This document shows, in pieces, positions 11,681 through 25,159 of a stretch of DNA of 64,000 nucleotides. The stretch's first letter is position 1. Each line of letters opens with the position of its first letter. Where the stretch lies: assembly GCF_009834535.1 (NCBI RefSeq), contig NC_045697.1, positions 37,760,001 to 37,824,000 on the forward strand, given 5' to 3'. The notes beneath the pieces were generated by a model. It did not search any database. It saw only the letters and a program-made list of their open reading frames with translations, and was not told where the DNA came from. The translations under genes were made by a program, and so were the position numbers. This DNA is from Camelus ferus. Its lineage: Eukaryota.

Positions 11681-14600
11681 CTTAAATTAAAAAAAAAAAA
11701 AAAAACTTTCTTAGATAGAAGAATGGAGCTAAGATATCAGCTTCACCCTGTCTGGAAGGGAACCAGTACCAAACCAGTACAAAACTACTACCTAAAGTAG
11801 AGATCAAGTCTATCGTGATGCACTTAAGGTGCTCACAAATTTTAGCATAAGGATTCAAATTTCAGAAGTTGTTGAGTAGGGGAGGAGCTATGCCATTCAT
11901 TCAATCATTCAAACAAATTCCACTATTTTGCTATGCATTGCTCCATTATGGAAATCTAAAAGCTTACACAGGCAAAACAAGTCACTTAGAGACAACTGTT
12001 GCACCAAACTGTCCTTAATCTGGAGAAGTGTTAGCTTCTCCCAACACTTTACCCATGGGGCACAACGCAAGGATTCTTATGTTTACTTTAAACTGTGTTT
12101 GGCATGTATGCTTTCCAGGATAAAATAGTTTATCTGGATTTGCAAAATCATTTCCTGTCGTTCCAAGATCAAGCACCATCTTGACTGTAAACATGTACTC
12201 TTCTGTCTGCCCGAGCAACTTCGAGGGCACCAATTCACGTTTCCCTTCCGATCGTGACCAGGAAGAGGCCCAATAAATATTTCAAACATAAAAGGACTGT
12301 TATAACAAAGGGGTCTTAAAATCCTCCTGGGTTATCTGAACAGCTTTCCGTTTCATTTTGTTTTCACCTCTACCCCGCCACCCCTGAAATTGGAAGAGCT
12401 TTTTTTTCTTGGGATGAAACAAGTTTATGCACAGAAGGGTTGAGAGTAGAAAAGAAAATAACAAAAGCAAAAACTAAGTGGGACTTTCAGAAGTGAAGGT
12501 ATAGATATGAAGGGGGAGAGAACGCTGTGTGAAGACAATCTGACCACAGGCCAGCCTCGGTAATCCCCGTTCAGGATGCCCCTCCTGATAGCAAGCAATT
12601 CCTGCCTCAGTGACAACTCTATGTATTGTGTTATAAACACAAACCCATCAAAGCATGCATTACACACACCTTACTGTCACATGGCAAATGGTGGCTGGCT
12701 TCCAAGATAAGCTTTATGGAGAGTGAAGAGGAAGGGACAAGAGACATAGGTGAGAGGCCTAGGAGAAAACACTTGCCTTAATCCTTTTATGTCACCAAAG
12801 TGATCAGTGATGGAGGAAGCATCACTCATACTTCCCCCTCTCCCTCCCTAGAGTGAAACTAGAAGCTAAATATCATTCAAGATGGCTCCCTTTAAGGAGA
12901 TGAACCTCAAACCAAAACCCAAAGCAAAGGGCAGTGGATATGTTGTCTGGGCATCACTTGCAAGGCATTTCTCCAGCTTTATTTCTTCAGTCGCTCACAA
13001 TGAGTGCATTCTGAACTATTCTAAGAGGCTTTATTCTTTTAGTCTTACATAGATTAAAGAAGGGATGTCATAACCTCCTAGAAATTGTTACAGAAGCCTG
13101 ACAGTCCAAGGTAATTTATAAGAGGTTGAAATTTATAAAAAGTCTAAGTTGACAATGGAGTATTTAGCTAAATTAGGGATAACAGTATCTGGCCCAACAG
13201 AAACAAATCACAGTACAACAAAAGCATCAGGACCATTAACCAAGTCAAAGATATATATTATGCAGTTATCTGGGGCTCAGTGCTGTGCTGTGCTGTGCAT
13301 GAGTGGAGGTGTGTAAGAATAAGCCATACAACCTCACCCCTTGAAGGACTGCCTTTTCTGTTAGAATAATATTAGGCAATAAATTGAAGTAATATGAGGC
13401 AGTGTATGATTAAACTTTTAGAACAATGCAGAAATCATACATGCAGTTGGACTTCCAACAGGGAGAAAATAGTTCTTTGGATTTAATTATAATGAGATTA
13501 CAATATAGAGTTCAAGCTATAGGATCAGTTCTTTAAATTATTAGTTATCCTAAAGTCTACTTCTTTATCTTGAAATACAATGTTGGGCTTTTTCCTCCTT
13601 CAAACTGTTATGCAGTTGTTTGGGGAAAGATTTTCCTCCCTTTAAGTTCTCAAGTTTATGTACCTATTTGATATATTTAACCTAATTCAATTATTTGAAA
13701 ATAATCTGACCTGAAAGAAATTATATAATAAAATTATATTTCCCCCTTGAACAAAGTTGATTTAGCTTGAAATATGAAACCCCACATTAAACTATTTAAT
13801 GATGTTCAATTAAAGTTCTAAATAACAATGAGTTACATGTAGGAAATAACAAAGAAACAAAGCCAGTTATTTATCGTAACAGATATTTTCCACAGTAAAA
13901 AAATGGAAGATCAACAGGCAATCCTGGCGAAAATGAACTGGACAGTTGAAGATGATGTGTCAGCAATATACACCCAAACCTCCCAAAAGCCATTGACAAA
14001 ATCATGAAGGAGGCTCACGTTATTCAGACCAGCTGTCCACACTGATCAAATCATACAGACAGCTCCTTACAACAGGAGTCTTCAAAAAATATTTATCAAA
14101 TTGAGCTGAATATTCAACTCTGCGTTGTCAGCATTTAAACCCTAAATCCCGAAATGAATCAGACAGCATGTAGAGGAGTGAATTTGAAATTTATCTAACA
14201 ATAGCTAAAGTTTATACAATACTTGGTCATTCATAAAGATCTTTCACTCAGAAATTGCCTCAGCTGCCCCTAAACAGAATCCTGTGAAGTAGCTAAGAGG
14301 TTATTGCCACCCTCAAATTAACAAAGAAGAAGCTGAGTCTCAGGGAAGTTAAATGACTCTGCTCACCTGAGATCACCCCACAAGTAAACCAGCGCTCCCA
14401 CACAACCACCCCCTCCCACTGACCTGCAAAAGCAGCCTGGCCTGTGGGTGTGTAATTGGTGAGTGGAAACTTGAAATTCATCAGACGTGCATATACATGA
14501 AATGTTTCTACTTTTTCAAATAAGTGCTACCAACTGCTCTGTGGACAATCTCCTTCCCCCTTTCCCAGCTGGAAAGTACCTCCCTTAATCACATCTCAGG

Positions 14601-15379
14601 CCGATTCCCTAACTTTCCATCCCTTTTTGGTTGATAAAGCAGTTAGCGCCGTTCGTTCCTGGAGCAGGCAGTTGAGGGTGGCCCTGAGCTTGGAGTTGGG
14701 GGACGGAGCAGGGGATGAGGAGAGCATCCCTGTCTGTGCACTATGAGGTGGTGGTCCCCTTTTGTGGGCCAGCAGGGCTGCAGGGGGCTGTAACCTCATG
14801 GAGGCCTCGACAGGATGTGCTTGGGCCTCTGCCTGAAGGCCCTGGGCAGGTGGCCCCGAGCTGGTCTGATCTCCATGGAGGGTGACACTGTGGGCCTCTC
14901 CCATTTGGCTTCTATGATGCCGGGCAAGCCAGTGGCCCAGGTTCCTCGGAGTCCAAACGCTGGACCCTGAAGCCCTCACCGGGGATGCAGCACCACTCAC
15001 CCCAGGGACCTTGATCGTTTTGCTTCTCCCGGGGCCCCTGCACGCGCCAGGGCCCCTGCATGGGCTCCCGGATCTGTGCAGCCACACGCACTTCCAGCCA
15101 GGGCAGAAGATGTCAGTTTCACCTACTTTCAGACACTCACAAAATTCAGATTGAAATCTTTTTGAGGCACACTGTCACCCTCAACTTTGGGAAGAAGAAC
15201 CCAGCATGCAAGTGAGCTTGCCTGCCCCCTACCCTGGTCCCCTTTCCCACCATGCGTCCAGGCTGCGCTCCTCACGCCAGACTTGGTCCCTGTGGCGCCG
15301 GACGCTGTCCCCTGGGGACAACTTGTGTCTGTCTTTTTGGTTGTTGTTCGTGCTGGTGGTGGTGGTGGTCTCCTATGAC

Positions 15380-15577
15380 TTTTTTTTAATTGAAGTATAG
15401 TCAGTTACAATGTGTCAATTTCTGTCATGTATACACATGTACTTTATTCGTTTTCATATTCTTTTTCATTAAAGGTTATTATAAGATATTAAATATAGTT
15501 CCCTGTGCTATACAGAAGAAATCTGAGTTTTTTAAATTCTATTTTTACATATAGTGGCTAACATTTGCAAATCTCAC
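15380..15577 (-). mobile_element. Lineage-specific L1 3' end
   Basis: (t)n aattgaagtatagtcagttacaatgtgtc...atatagttccctgtgctatacag...tttgcaaatctc. Confidence 0.85.
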
Positions 15578-16109
15578 TTCGGAGCTCACTACTGATCTTC
15601 ATCCCCTGTACACCAGCACTACCAGGTAGCTTCTGAGGGTAGAAACAGACCTCAGGAAATGCTCTCACCTGGACCATATGCTAGCATGTGTGGACATGGA
15701 CTTTGTCTTGAAACAGAGATGTTTACCTTCCCCATTTATTGTTTTAGCTTTGTGTTTAGGCCTAACCATATGCATTACACAAGACAGGCTCTCAACAAAT
15801 TTTTTTTTCCCCTTATCTACCTCTTTTCTAGGTGAATTTTGTAAAACCAGCTTTTAAAGAACTTGACATAATTGCATTCATTTTTATACTCTACATTTTA
15901 TACCTTTCACTATGGATTTGAAGTGGCCCTTATAACTAAGTAAACTTTTCCAACTCTTTAAGTTAAAAATAATTGCACCAGGTGCTATTAAAGTCAGCAT
16001 AATGTAAACCATAAGTTCTAGAGTGTATGTACAGTCTTACTCAAGTGACAAAGTTTTAAGAGCTGTTAAAACATCATTGCAATCATAGGATTATAAACTT
16101 CCACTCCCA

Positions 16110-16315
16110 TAGCCCTTACTGTGTGTCAGGCTCTGTTCTAAATGTTTAGGAATGTTAACTCAGTTATAAGTGTTAAGTCATGTAATCTGCAGTCTTTTGG
16201 GATAGACAACCTTAGATCTCCATTTTACAGATGAGAAAACTGAGGCTAAAGGCTCATGTCTGGACAGAGAGCAAGACTGACTCGAGGGTTTGTCCCACTC
16301 TTAACCACGACATAA
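16110..16315 (-). mobile_element. MIR SINE
   Basis: ccattttacagatgagaaaactgaggct. Confidence 0.8.
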
Positions 16316-16479
16316 TATTGTCTCTTTGATTTTCTTCTTCTGAGAATACAAAAAACATCTTACATGGATTTCTGTTAGCTCTAGTCATAGAGTTGCCAGC
16401 ATTTATGAAAGCTTTACAAAACCACTGCCTAAGAGTTTTAAGAATATCATGCCATTTAATGTCAAGTTCTGCTGCCCCT

Positions 16480-16640
16480 AAGCCCACCCACAAGGCAGAT
16501 GCAACCCCATTTCACAAATGTGGAGACAGCATCTCCAAGATGTTAAATTCGTTGGCTAAGGTCATGATATTAGTAAGTGTCAAAGCCAGGCCACAAACCC
16601 AGGTCGGCCTGACACCAGAGTCTGCTCTAAACCACGATGC
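16480..16640 (-). mobile_element. MIR SINE
   Basis: ccccatttcacaaatgtggagacag...aaggtcatgatattagtaagtg...tgctctaaaccac. Confidence 0.65.
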
Positions 16641-16727
16641 TTTGGATTCCATTCAAAGTAAACTAAATTAGGTTTAAATATAACCCAACATCCAGCCACC
16701 TGGAACAATCACTGATGTTATTATCAA

Positions 16728-16972
16728 GTCAGTGGTTGCAAACTGATGACTTCTGGGTTCCAGGACCTCTGGTGAAGCATATAAGATCCGGCAGCACAGA
16801 GCCCACGCTGCACGTGCACATGGCCCTCGGATGGTGCTGAATGGTGACAGCTCCCTTCAGTCATGCAAGCAAGCAAGCAAGCAAGCACTCAGCCCCAACC
16901 TGGTCCACTTCTACCCAACTCTGCCAGCTGCCTCGCACCTGCAGGCACTTGAGTTCCCAACCCCTAATCTAG
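16728..16972. mobile_element. MER102-like hAT DNA transposon with internal (GCAA)5
   Basis: Termini cagtggttgcaaac and ctgcaggcacttgagttcccaacccct. Confidence 0.55.
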
Positions 16973-17569
16973 AGATGCTCAGGCCAGTGCTGGGTCTCAT
17001 CTGACACTGCAAACTGGTACAGAATATGAAATAAATTCTTATCAATCGAGCATGGTTTTCTACAGTGTAAAGCAGACATCTGGAGTAAAGAAGTTCCTAC
17101 TTCTATGCCCCCTTGTCATTAAGCCTTGTCTTTACCTTACAGGAGGGTAAGGACAGTCTGTACTGTCAGTGTGATTCACTTGTTAACAAGGGGAGATGCT
17201 CATCTGAAAAGAGAAACTTGGTTTCCACAGGTCTCCATATAAGACATAGGATGCGTAGAGCAAAGACAAAAGAGGGAAAAGGGACACCTAGTCTTTGCAA
17301 AACAGAGATCCGCTGAGAACGATAAGGCTGAGCAGACAGGGGATTTCTCCATGATCATCGGCTATCTGAACACTATGTGGCTGTCAGAAATACATTTTAG
17401 AGCAAGAAAAAGAACAGTATGATTCCTCATCCAGACACATTTTGGAAACTAGCCAATAGGAAAACAGTCTCATCACTGAGATATTTTTCTTTTTTCAACA
17501 CCATGAAAATTAACAGAATCTGACATTTATTTCTCTAGGCTATAAATTTGTATATTGATAGATTCTCCC

Positions 17570-18112
17570 TTTCTGGGTATAGAAGACTTAGAAGTCAAGT
17601 TATTACTGACTTCAACAACGACAACAAAAGACTTTTTATTTGTTTGTATAACAAACATCCAAGTCATTCTGACCTGAAGTATGACTGGGTCCAGATACTC
17701 ACATGGTGCCATCAGGAATTAGTATCCATCCCTGGCTCTTCCCTTCACATTGGATTTCTTCTCTGGCAGGCTCTTCTGTGGCAGCAAGATGGTGTCCAGC
17801 AGGTCTGGGTGTACCCGCTCAGTTTAGCAATCCCAGCAGAAATAAATGGTCCCTCTCCCAAGAATAAGTAAGAGGCTCTTGAGGAAGAGGCTCAGGACTG
17901 ACTCTGTCTGTTCTGGCATTGGTCAAGGGCCAACCCCAGGATTAGTTTCTGTGGCTGGAGGGATGTGGAGTTCTCACTGGTTGGAACTGAGTTCCCACTA
18001 GAAACAGAGGGTAGTACTATCTCCATCCAAACCATAAGATCAATGTCAGGGAGATGTGACTTTCCAAAAGAAAGAGCCAGACTCTGTGCAGAAGAAGGTC
18101 ACTGGACAGGCA
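17570..18112 (-). mobile_element. Old MaLR LTR (MLT1J/K-like)
   Basis: ggcaggctcttctgtggcagcaagatgg...cagtttagcaatcccagcagaaa...gtggctggagggatg. Confidence 0.6.
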
Positions 18113-19249
18113 TTCTTCACTCAGACCTTGGCAAGGTTTCATTAATTCATTTTTCCCCTGGTCCTTTTTTTCAGTATTGAGCTCCTCAGCTTCTCAGTCC
18201 AACCCATAAGTAAAAATTACGTTCATTAGATCACTGCACCAAACACAATAAAACAGGAGCCAATATATCAACAAAGGAGTTCTTTTCATGAGATTTCCTG
18301 GCTAGTCTATAAGACCCAATAGTCATCTACAGGTAATAGGAAGCATCAAAACATTATTCACCCAAACTCCCCCATATTAATCCTGAAGCTTCCACATTAC
18401 TGGTATAGAGCCAACTCTTAATTATTAAATACAGAGACTATGGGAACCATGGATTAAAACCAAAGAGTTGTTTAAGCCAACAGATTCTCTTTCCCAGATA
18501 AACCTTCACCCTAGCTGCAGGGAGCAACTTCGTGGACTAATTTGAATTTCACATCTGGTGGACCTGCTCCCACACACACCTAGATAGGTAATACACTCCT
18601 CGACACACTTCACAGAGTCTGATTAATCCATATCAACTTACCCCAGATGCAAAAGCATTTGATCATTTTGGCAAAAAGACTCAATTAACCGCAAATTCAT
18701 AAAGCCAATGGAGAACATCAAATCCAAAAGCTGACATTTTAAACTGAATTCCTTCCTGCCCTGCTCCCATCTCTAAGTTAGTCAACATTCCCAACCCTCT
18801 CTCCTACCATCTTCATAACATAAAATCACTTCCTTCTTCTCTATCCTTAATTATTCCAGAAGTTTCTATAACCACCCAAGCATAAATAGATCACCAGTGA
18901 GAGACAGTAGATGAGAAATGGAAAAGGTTAAAGATGGAACTGTGAAGGCAGGAGGATGTAGAGAGGCCAGCTGGTCAGAGAAGCTGGCGGGGACCTGGAG
19001 GAGGTTTTCCAGAGGAGGGCACCTGGGAAGGGGCTGCCGGTGGCGCCCACTTAGTGGTCAGCTTTATTTCATGCTCGTGTCTTCTCACCCCACTCAGTCC
19101 AAAAGCCAAATAAGCTCATTTGAATCATAAGAGGCCTTCTCCATCCTCTCTTTTGGAAAACCAGACTGAACCTTGTTTGATTGCCAGCTAACTGTCCAGT
19201 CTTGACGTGGTTTGTGCCGCTGCCACTGCTCCCTGCTAACGCTGATTCA

Positions 19250-19410
19250 GGCCACCTGGGTGCCAGGCACAGCGTCAGATGCTGGGTGCCAATTAGTTGG
19301 TTCAGTCCTCACAATTATTACACAGAATGGGATACTTTTGTTATTTTCCAGATGAGGAAATTTGGCTTAGCTTGCCCAAGGTTAACTTGTTAACAAGTAG
19401 CAGAGCAGTG
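19250..19410 (-). mobile_element. MIR SINE
   Basis: tgccaggcac...ttcagtcctcacaa...cagatgaggaaa...cttgcccaagg. Confidence 0.7.
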
Positions 19411-19635
19411 ACATCACACAAAAATGGAGAAGAGACAAGAAAGAAGAAACCTAGAAAATTCACATATGGCCTAATCTGTTGTTCCATGATCGGACGATGT
19501 TTATATTTTTTAGTAAAGCTATGATTCTCTTTTTAGAATGTCTGCAATGCAAACACATGGTTTTTGAAAAATTGTATAGACTGTATTCTTTAATGTAAAG
19601 CATGTTAAAACATTAGGAATAATTAAAACTACAGG

Positions 19636-19956
19636 GATTGGATGAAGGTGGTCAAAAGGCAGAAACTTCCAGTTATAAGATAAATAAGTACCAGGGATGT
19701 CAGGTGCAACATGATTAACATAATCAACACTGCTGTATGGTGTATGCGAACGTCGTTAGGAGAGGGAATCCTGAGAGTTTTCATCATAAGGAAAACACTG
19801 TTTTTCTTTTTCTTTTACTTTGTATCTATATGAGATGATGGATATTCACTGAACTTGTGAGAATCATTTCATGATGCTTATATGTCAAATCATGATGCTG
19901 TACATCTTAAACGTATACAATGCTGTATGTCAATTATATCTCAAAACAGGAAGGAA
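19636..19956 (+). mobile_element. L1 3' end (L1MA9/laurasiatherian type) with near-perfect TSD
   Basis: ttccagttataagataaataagt...tgtcaattatatctcaa; flanks aaaactacagg (19625-19635) and aaaactatagg (19957-19967). Confidence 0.8.
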
Positions 19957-20169
19957 AAAACTATAGGAGTCATTTTGCAAGATCAACACACTTCTAGTTA
20001 CATTAACTCAAAAGAAATACTGATTTTTTCCAGAAGCACAAATCCCTGTCTCAACTGAGAGAGAACAGAGACCCTATGGCAATGACTGGCTTGGTGGTTT
20101 AAGCTTAAATTCTGGCTCCCAAGAAAAAATCACACAAAAGAAAAAAACCATTGTGATTACAGCACTAGA

Positions 20170-20820
20170 AGGTAGAGTACAGTGGATTTCATGCAAGATG
20201 TGGAGCCAGGAGACTGGGGTTGGGACTTCATGTTGGGATTAGCTGTGGGATTCAGGAGGAAGCTTTACCAGTTATGAGGATGATCATAATAAATATACAT
20301 GAGACTGCATGAGATTGCAATAGGATGGTAAATGGGAAAATGTATTTGGCACACAGTAGGTGCTCAAAAATAAATTTAATTGAAATTGTATATACATCTG
20401 TTCTTTGACCCAGCAATCCCACTTCTAGGAACTAACACCTCAGAGAGAAAAGCAAAAGGACATAAAGATGTATGTACAAAGGTGTTCATTAAGCTCTGAA
20501 ATAACAAAGAAGAGAAAAATTGGAATGGCTGACTGAGCTGTGATCCGTCCGTGGCACAGTGGCCGCACATGTGAGCGATGGAGTGAGTTGTGTGGGTGAC
20601 AGAGCAGAAGAACTGCCTGAGCTGGGGTCCTGGCTGCACTAATGGTGAAGGATCCCCGGCAAATCACTCAGCCTCTCAATGCCGCCATCTCTTCCCTCTG
20701 TAAAATGGGAACGAGAAAAGTGATTCCCTTAGAGGATTGTGAGGATTAAGTGAGTTATACTTGGAAATGCTTAGAAGAATAAATAGCACATAATAAACTT
20801 TGACTAAATGTCAACTATGT
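20170..20820 (+). mobile_element. MIR, L1ME fragment and MIR in series
   Basis: tggcacacagtaggtgctcaa (~20350); tttgacccagcaatcccacttctaggaa (~20405); tctgtaaaatggga...gattgtgaggattaagtgag (~20700). Confidence 0.7.
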
Positions 20821-22546
20821 TGTAACCATTTTTAAAGAGGAATAATTCTATGTGCTGATGTAGAGAATCAAGTAAAAAACAGCAAATTGCATCCCATTCT
20901 GTTTAAAGAGAGTAGATGTATAAATATATAACTTTATATGTGTGTGTGTGTATATATATATATATATAAAATTACACAGTTACCAAAGGAAATGAGGGGA
21001 ATACACATCTTTTTTTTCACAGTGTTACCTCAAGAACATGGAATGAGAGAAGACTCTCTTCTTATATAATTTAAGAGGTCAGATTATGAATGATTTTTTC
21101 TTTCTCATCTTTAAATATTTCTCAAAGAGATAAAAAGATTGATGGTACTTGAATCTGATGCTCTATTGGAAAGGAACCCCCTCCTTTCTTTAGTTTGCAA
21201 AACAGACATGAAGGCTCCTTATTTCCTAAAGGGTCTGAGGAGCTAAAACAAGGGGCTCCTGAGGGATTTTTCAGCATTTCACAAAGCCTAGGAAGAATCA
21301 CCCATTTGCTGGTAAGAAGGTGGTTTAGGATTGCCTAAGCATCGCGCGTCTCTGCTCGTGCCCCAAATTACATTAATTCGAGGTGATAACACGGACTACA
21401 GCAGGCTAAGACACTCAGAGCAGTAGTTTTCTTTTTTACAAATTACGATTAATTATAAACAGAAAAACAACCCTTGGCTTAATAAATGCTGCTAGTCATG
21501 CAAAGTCTTTCAAAACACGGAATTCAGTGGATTAAAAGACAGACGACCAACAGGCCAACAGACCTTCGCTGTCGGCTAGTGGTGCTACCATCTTTGAGAG
21601 GTTCCAAAGACCTGTAGGAGGTTTCCTTTATTGAAGCAAATGAAAGCAGCCGCTCCTGCATGTTCCTGCCTGATACTAAGAACTTTTTAAAGGCTTCGAG
21701 TCAGGTAGCAGTTTTTGCCAATTAACAACTTGATGGTCTCCAGGTCCAAAGTAACCTTGCCGTAACCTCTCACTTATTTCCACCAGACAGGGAGTAGTCG
21801 GTAACACACTTCAGCTGAACAGCAGCTCTGTCCCTCTCCCGTAAGTCACCTCTGGCCCCTCTCTCCCACGGCCACGGCCCCAGCCTCTGCCGGTTAAGCC
21901 CAGCGTGTCTGAACGTTTAGTCATCACTTCAGAGCCACTCTTCCAGGAAAAGGCTATTGTTCCTGAGCTTCCTGATCACTTACTTCCTGTCATTTTTTTT
22001 TTCGAAAGGGAAAGAATAAAGACCCTCCTAAAATCACACAGGGTTCTGCTCAATTTCACAATTGCAGTTCACTGGATTGTAATTACTTACTTGATTTGGG
22101 GGCCATCTAAATATACGATGACTGGCTTACCCTAACCAACAGTGTGCCTGCACCGTGGCTAACTCCTCATAACTCCTCACAGGTCCCCAGTGCAAGTGTC
22201 ACCTTTCCGTTCACAAGTCCCTGCGGCTTGCAACTTATTTTGCTCCAAGATGTCAAAGCCTGTATGAGTCTCCACTTTATCAATACTACCCCATGACCCA
22301 TTTGATGAAGTAGATAATTGGGTACTGAAAGGGTCGACCCCTTCCCTAGCTGGAGAGGAGGTGACAGGCATACGGAAACCTGGAAATAACTACCCCTGCC
22401 CCACCAGCTCCTGCCCTTCCCCCAACTCGCACAAAGATAATAACTGGGTCAGAAAACTGAGGCTTACTGCCCAGAGGGACTGAGTCACTAGGATGGAGAA
22501 AATGAAGTGGAAGCTCGGGAAACCAAGAGCCTGGGTTTGAAACTTG

Positions 22547-22547
<1 letters not shown>

Positions 22548-22584
<37 letters not shown>

Positions 22585-22642
22585 ATGTACACACACACAT
22601 AGACACAAACACACACATACACACACATACACATACACACAC
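22548..22642. repeat. Compound (CA)n microsatellite
   Basis: Long CA run with TA/GA interruptions; explains the CVCV ORFs. Confidence 0.9.
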
Positions 22643-22649
22643 GTTTAAA

Positions 22650-22990
22650 GGCTTGCTGAGTGCCAGGCACTGTGCTAACTACATACACTCCCTCAGTTAA
22701 TTCTGACACTACCCCCCTCCCTGGGCAGGTACTTTTGGGGGGGAGGGGTAGATACTTTTACTCCCTCAATTTTACATATGAATACACTTGTTCAAGTTCA
22801 CACAGCTAGTAAAGTAGTTCACTCATGCTTGTCTGACAGAAAAGCTGCACCATTAACCCCTCTATTTGCTGTGTGATTTCTGAGTCACGTGACCATGTGG
22901 AGCCTCAGTGTCCTCATCTGTAAAATGGGAATAACAAAGCCTATAAAATCCACTTCCATATTGTGTTGAGAATGAAATGAATTTAAGTAT
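22650..22990. mobile_element. Two MIR fragments in opposite orientation (- ~22650-22860, + ~22865-22990)
   Basis: tgccaggcactgtgctaa...cacagctagtaa; gagcctcagtgtcctcatctgtaaaatgggaataac. Confidence 0.75.
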
Positions 22991-23499
22991 TTACCACACC
23001 CAAAGGTCATTTCTCCTCCTTATCTCAGCTTTGGTTTGCTTCTAGGTAAAACCATTAAACCACCAGGTTATTGCAAGTCAATTCAATTATGAGAAAACAT
23101 ATGAAAAGGCTTTGAAAATGACAATCTGCTACACAAAATTAATAATTATTTTTCTAAGACCTATTTTAAACAAATACATATGACTAGGTAGTATAAACTA
23201 ACCACACAGTTTGCCAGTTATCAGATTGGCAAAGATACAAATATTTGATATTACCTGTGTTAGGGAATTAAGGAGTGTGGGCATAAATATATGCTGAATA
23301 ATTCCTCTAAGGAAACAAACTTGACAACATTTGTTGAAACTAAATGCAAATAAATACTCTTTGATCTAGTTTATCCAACTGCACCAGTGTGATACATAAA
23401 AGGCTATTTATTATTCCATCATCTGTAAAAACTGGCAGGAAAAAATTAGAAACAACCTAAGTGTTCACCACTAGGGTAAAATAAAATGCAAGCTGCAAA

Positions 23500-23745
23500 C
23501 GTGAGCCACTTGTGTTAATTTCATTTCTTCTAGTTGTTACAAAGAAAGAGAAAAGAAACAGGTAAAAATGCACTTAAGAATATCCAAAATATTATCACTT
23601 CAACATGCAATCAATACAAAAATTATTTATGAGATATTTTACATGAGTCCTTTCGTAAGTCTTTAAATACAGTGTGTGTTTTACACTTACAGCACAGCTA
23701 GTTCGGACTAGCTACCTTTTACGTGCTCAGTGCAGCCACATACAC
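23500..23745. mobile_element. MER33-like DNA transposon
   Basis: atatccaaaatattatcacttcaacatgcaatcaatacaaaa...tgtgtgttttacacttacagcaca. Confidence 0.75.
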
Positions 23746-24689
23746 ATTGGCACACATGGCGGGGTGTCCCCACCAGACATCGCAGGTATCCTAAAAGGGA
23801 GAATCACTTTTCCCTCTGTACTTTCTCGTGTTTTCTTACTTTCATGCCTTGTGCACGTACTGCCTTCTCACAATAAAGTGAATAAAATAATTTTTATGGC
23901 AATTCTTTACAGTAACTTCTTAATCACCCTGACATACAAACAGGGACGGATGATTCATACAACGTGAGGCTAATTGTCAGCAATGAATGACTCTTTCCTA
24001 TTCCTTTACTCTTGTCATTGTTTAGTCATTTAAATGGTCTGTCTCAGAGAGATGACTGCAGAGCCCTGGTTTGCCCCTGAGAGAGTGGAGTCAGGCCGGG
24101 GAAATAGTTCTAAACTGTGGAAATCCGTCAGATTGGAAAGGGGTTTTGTAACTCATTTGTAGCCGAGTAAATGGAACACACAAGAGATCCTATCTAGTGG
24201 GGATTCTCTAGAACATTCCCATCGTGAGCTCAGAGAAGCCTCATGGCAGCTCACAGAGCAGGAAATCGTGGGGGGCACATGGAGGCAAAGACAGGAAGCC
24301 AGGAACAGGAAGGGCAGGTGAAGAAAGATGAGGTTTCCATAAACAGGAAACAACCGTATGGCCTCTTTACCTCTTAGATCTTATGCGGAGACAAGAGGAG
24401 AACCCCACTCCAAACCAGGAGAGAGGGGACCTGCTGTCCCTGTCTGGCTTAATTATGGTAAATACTCAACTAGACTCAAGTGAGGCAAATTATCTTCCTC
24501 TGATTCCTTCCTGTGGGACAAGGCGGGGTTCTTGGGGGAGAGAAAGAGCAGGGTGGATTGGTTGGTAGAAGGGAAGGGGACAATGAATGTGCCAGGGAGA
24601 AGACTTCACAGAAGTCGGGGGACATGCAACCCAGGAGAGAAGGAGCCAAGAAAACAGTAGTGGCTGGGAACAAAGATTCAGCCACCAGG

Positions 24690-25000
24690 ACATTTACCAA
24701 AGCATCATTCATGACCCAGAAACACTGAAGACAGTCCCAGTGTTTTCATTTGGGGATCACGTGTGATAAAATTCAAGGGAAAAACAAATTATAAAGCAAT
24801 AGGACACTATAATTCCACTCTTAAAAATAATCATACATACACATATATACACCCACACACATATGACTGGGCTGGACGGATATTTATTAAAATAAAAGGG
24901 GAAGTGGTGGGACGAAAGGTGTTAATTTTTCCTTTTAGCTCATCTGTATTTTCCAGATTTTTTGACAATGAACATATGTTCATAGCAATAATAATAGAGT
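24690..25000 (+). mobile_element. Degenerate L1ME 3' fragment
   Basis: caccaggacatttaccaaagcatcattcat; tctgtattttccagattttttgacaatgaacatatg. Confidence 0.5.
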
Positions 25001-25159
25001 GAAGCCCCAAATGTATGTCACAACCATTGGATACACAGAGAAGAGGTAATTTATTTGATCTGTAATTAACCCATTGTTCTTTACCATAACCGTTTGTTAG
25101 AGGGACATCACCTTTTCATCCTCTCTACTTTAAAATAGTTCAATCCAGTACATTAAATA

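Noticed and set aside
14596..15087. 163-aa ORF
   Set aside because: No recognisable protein similarity, GTG start, no clear exon boundaries; long ORFs are expected in GC-rich sequence.
22203..22379. Possible minus-strand exon (ttatttccag...AAG|gtgaca)
   Set aside because: Short polypyrimidine tract, weak donor and unrecognised peptide.
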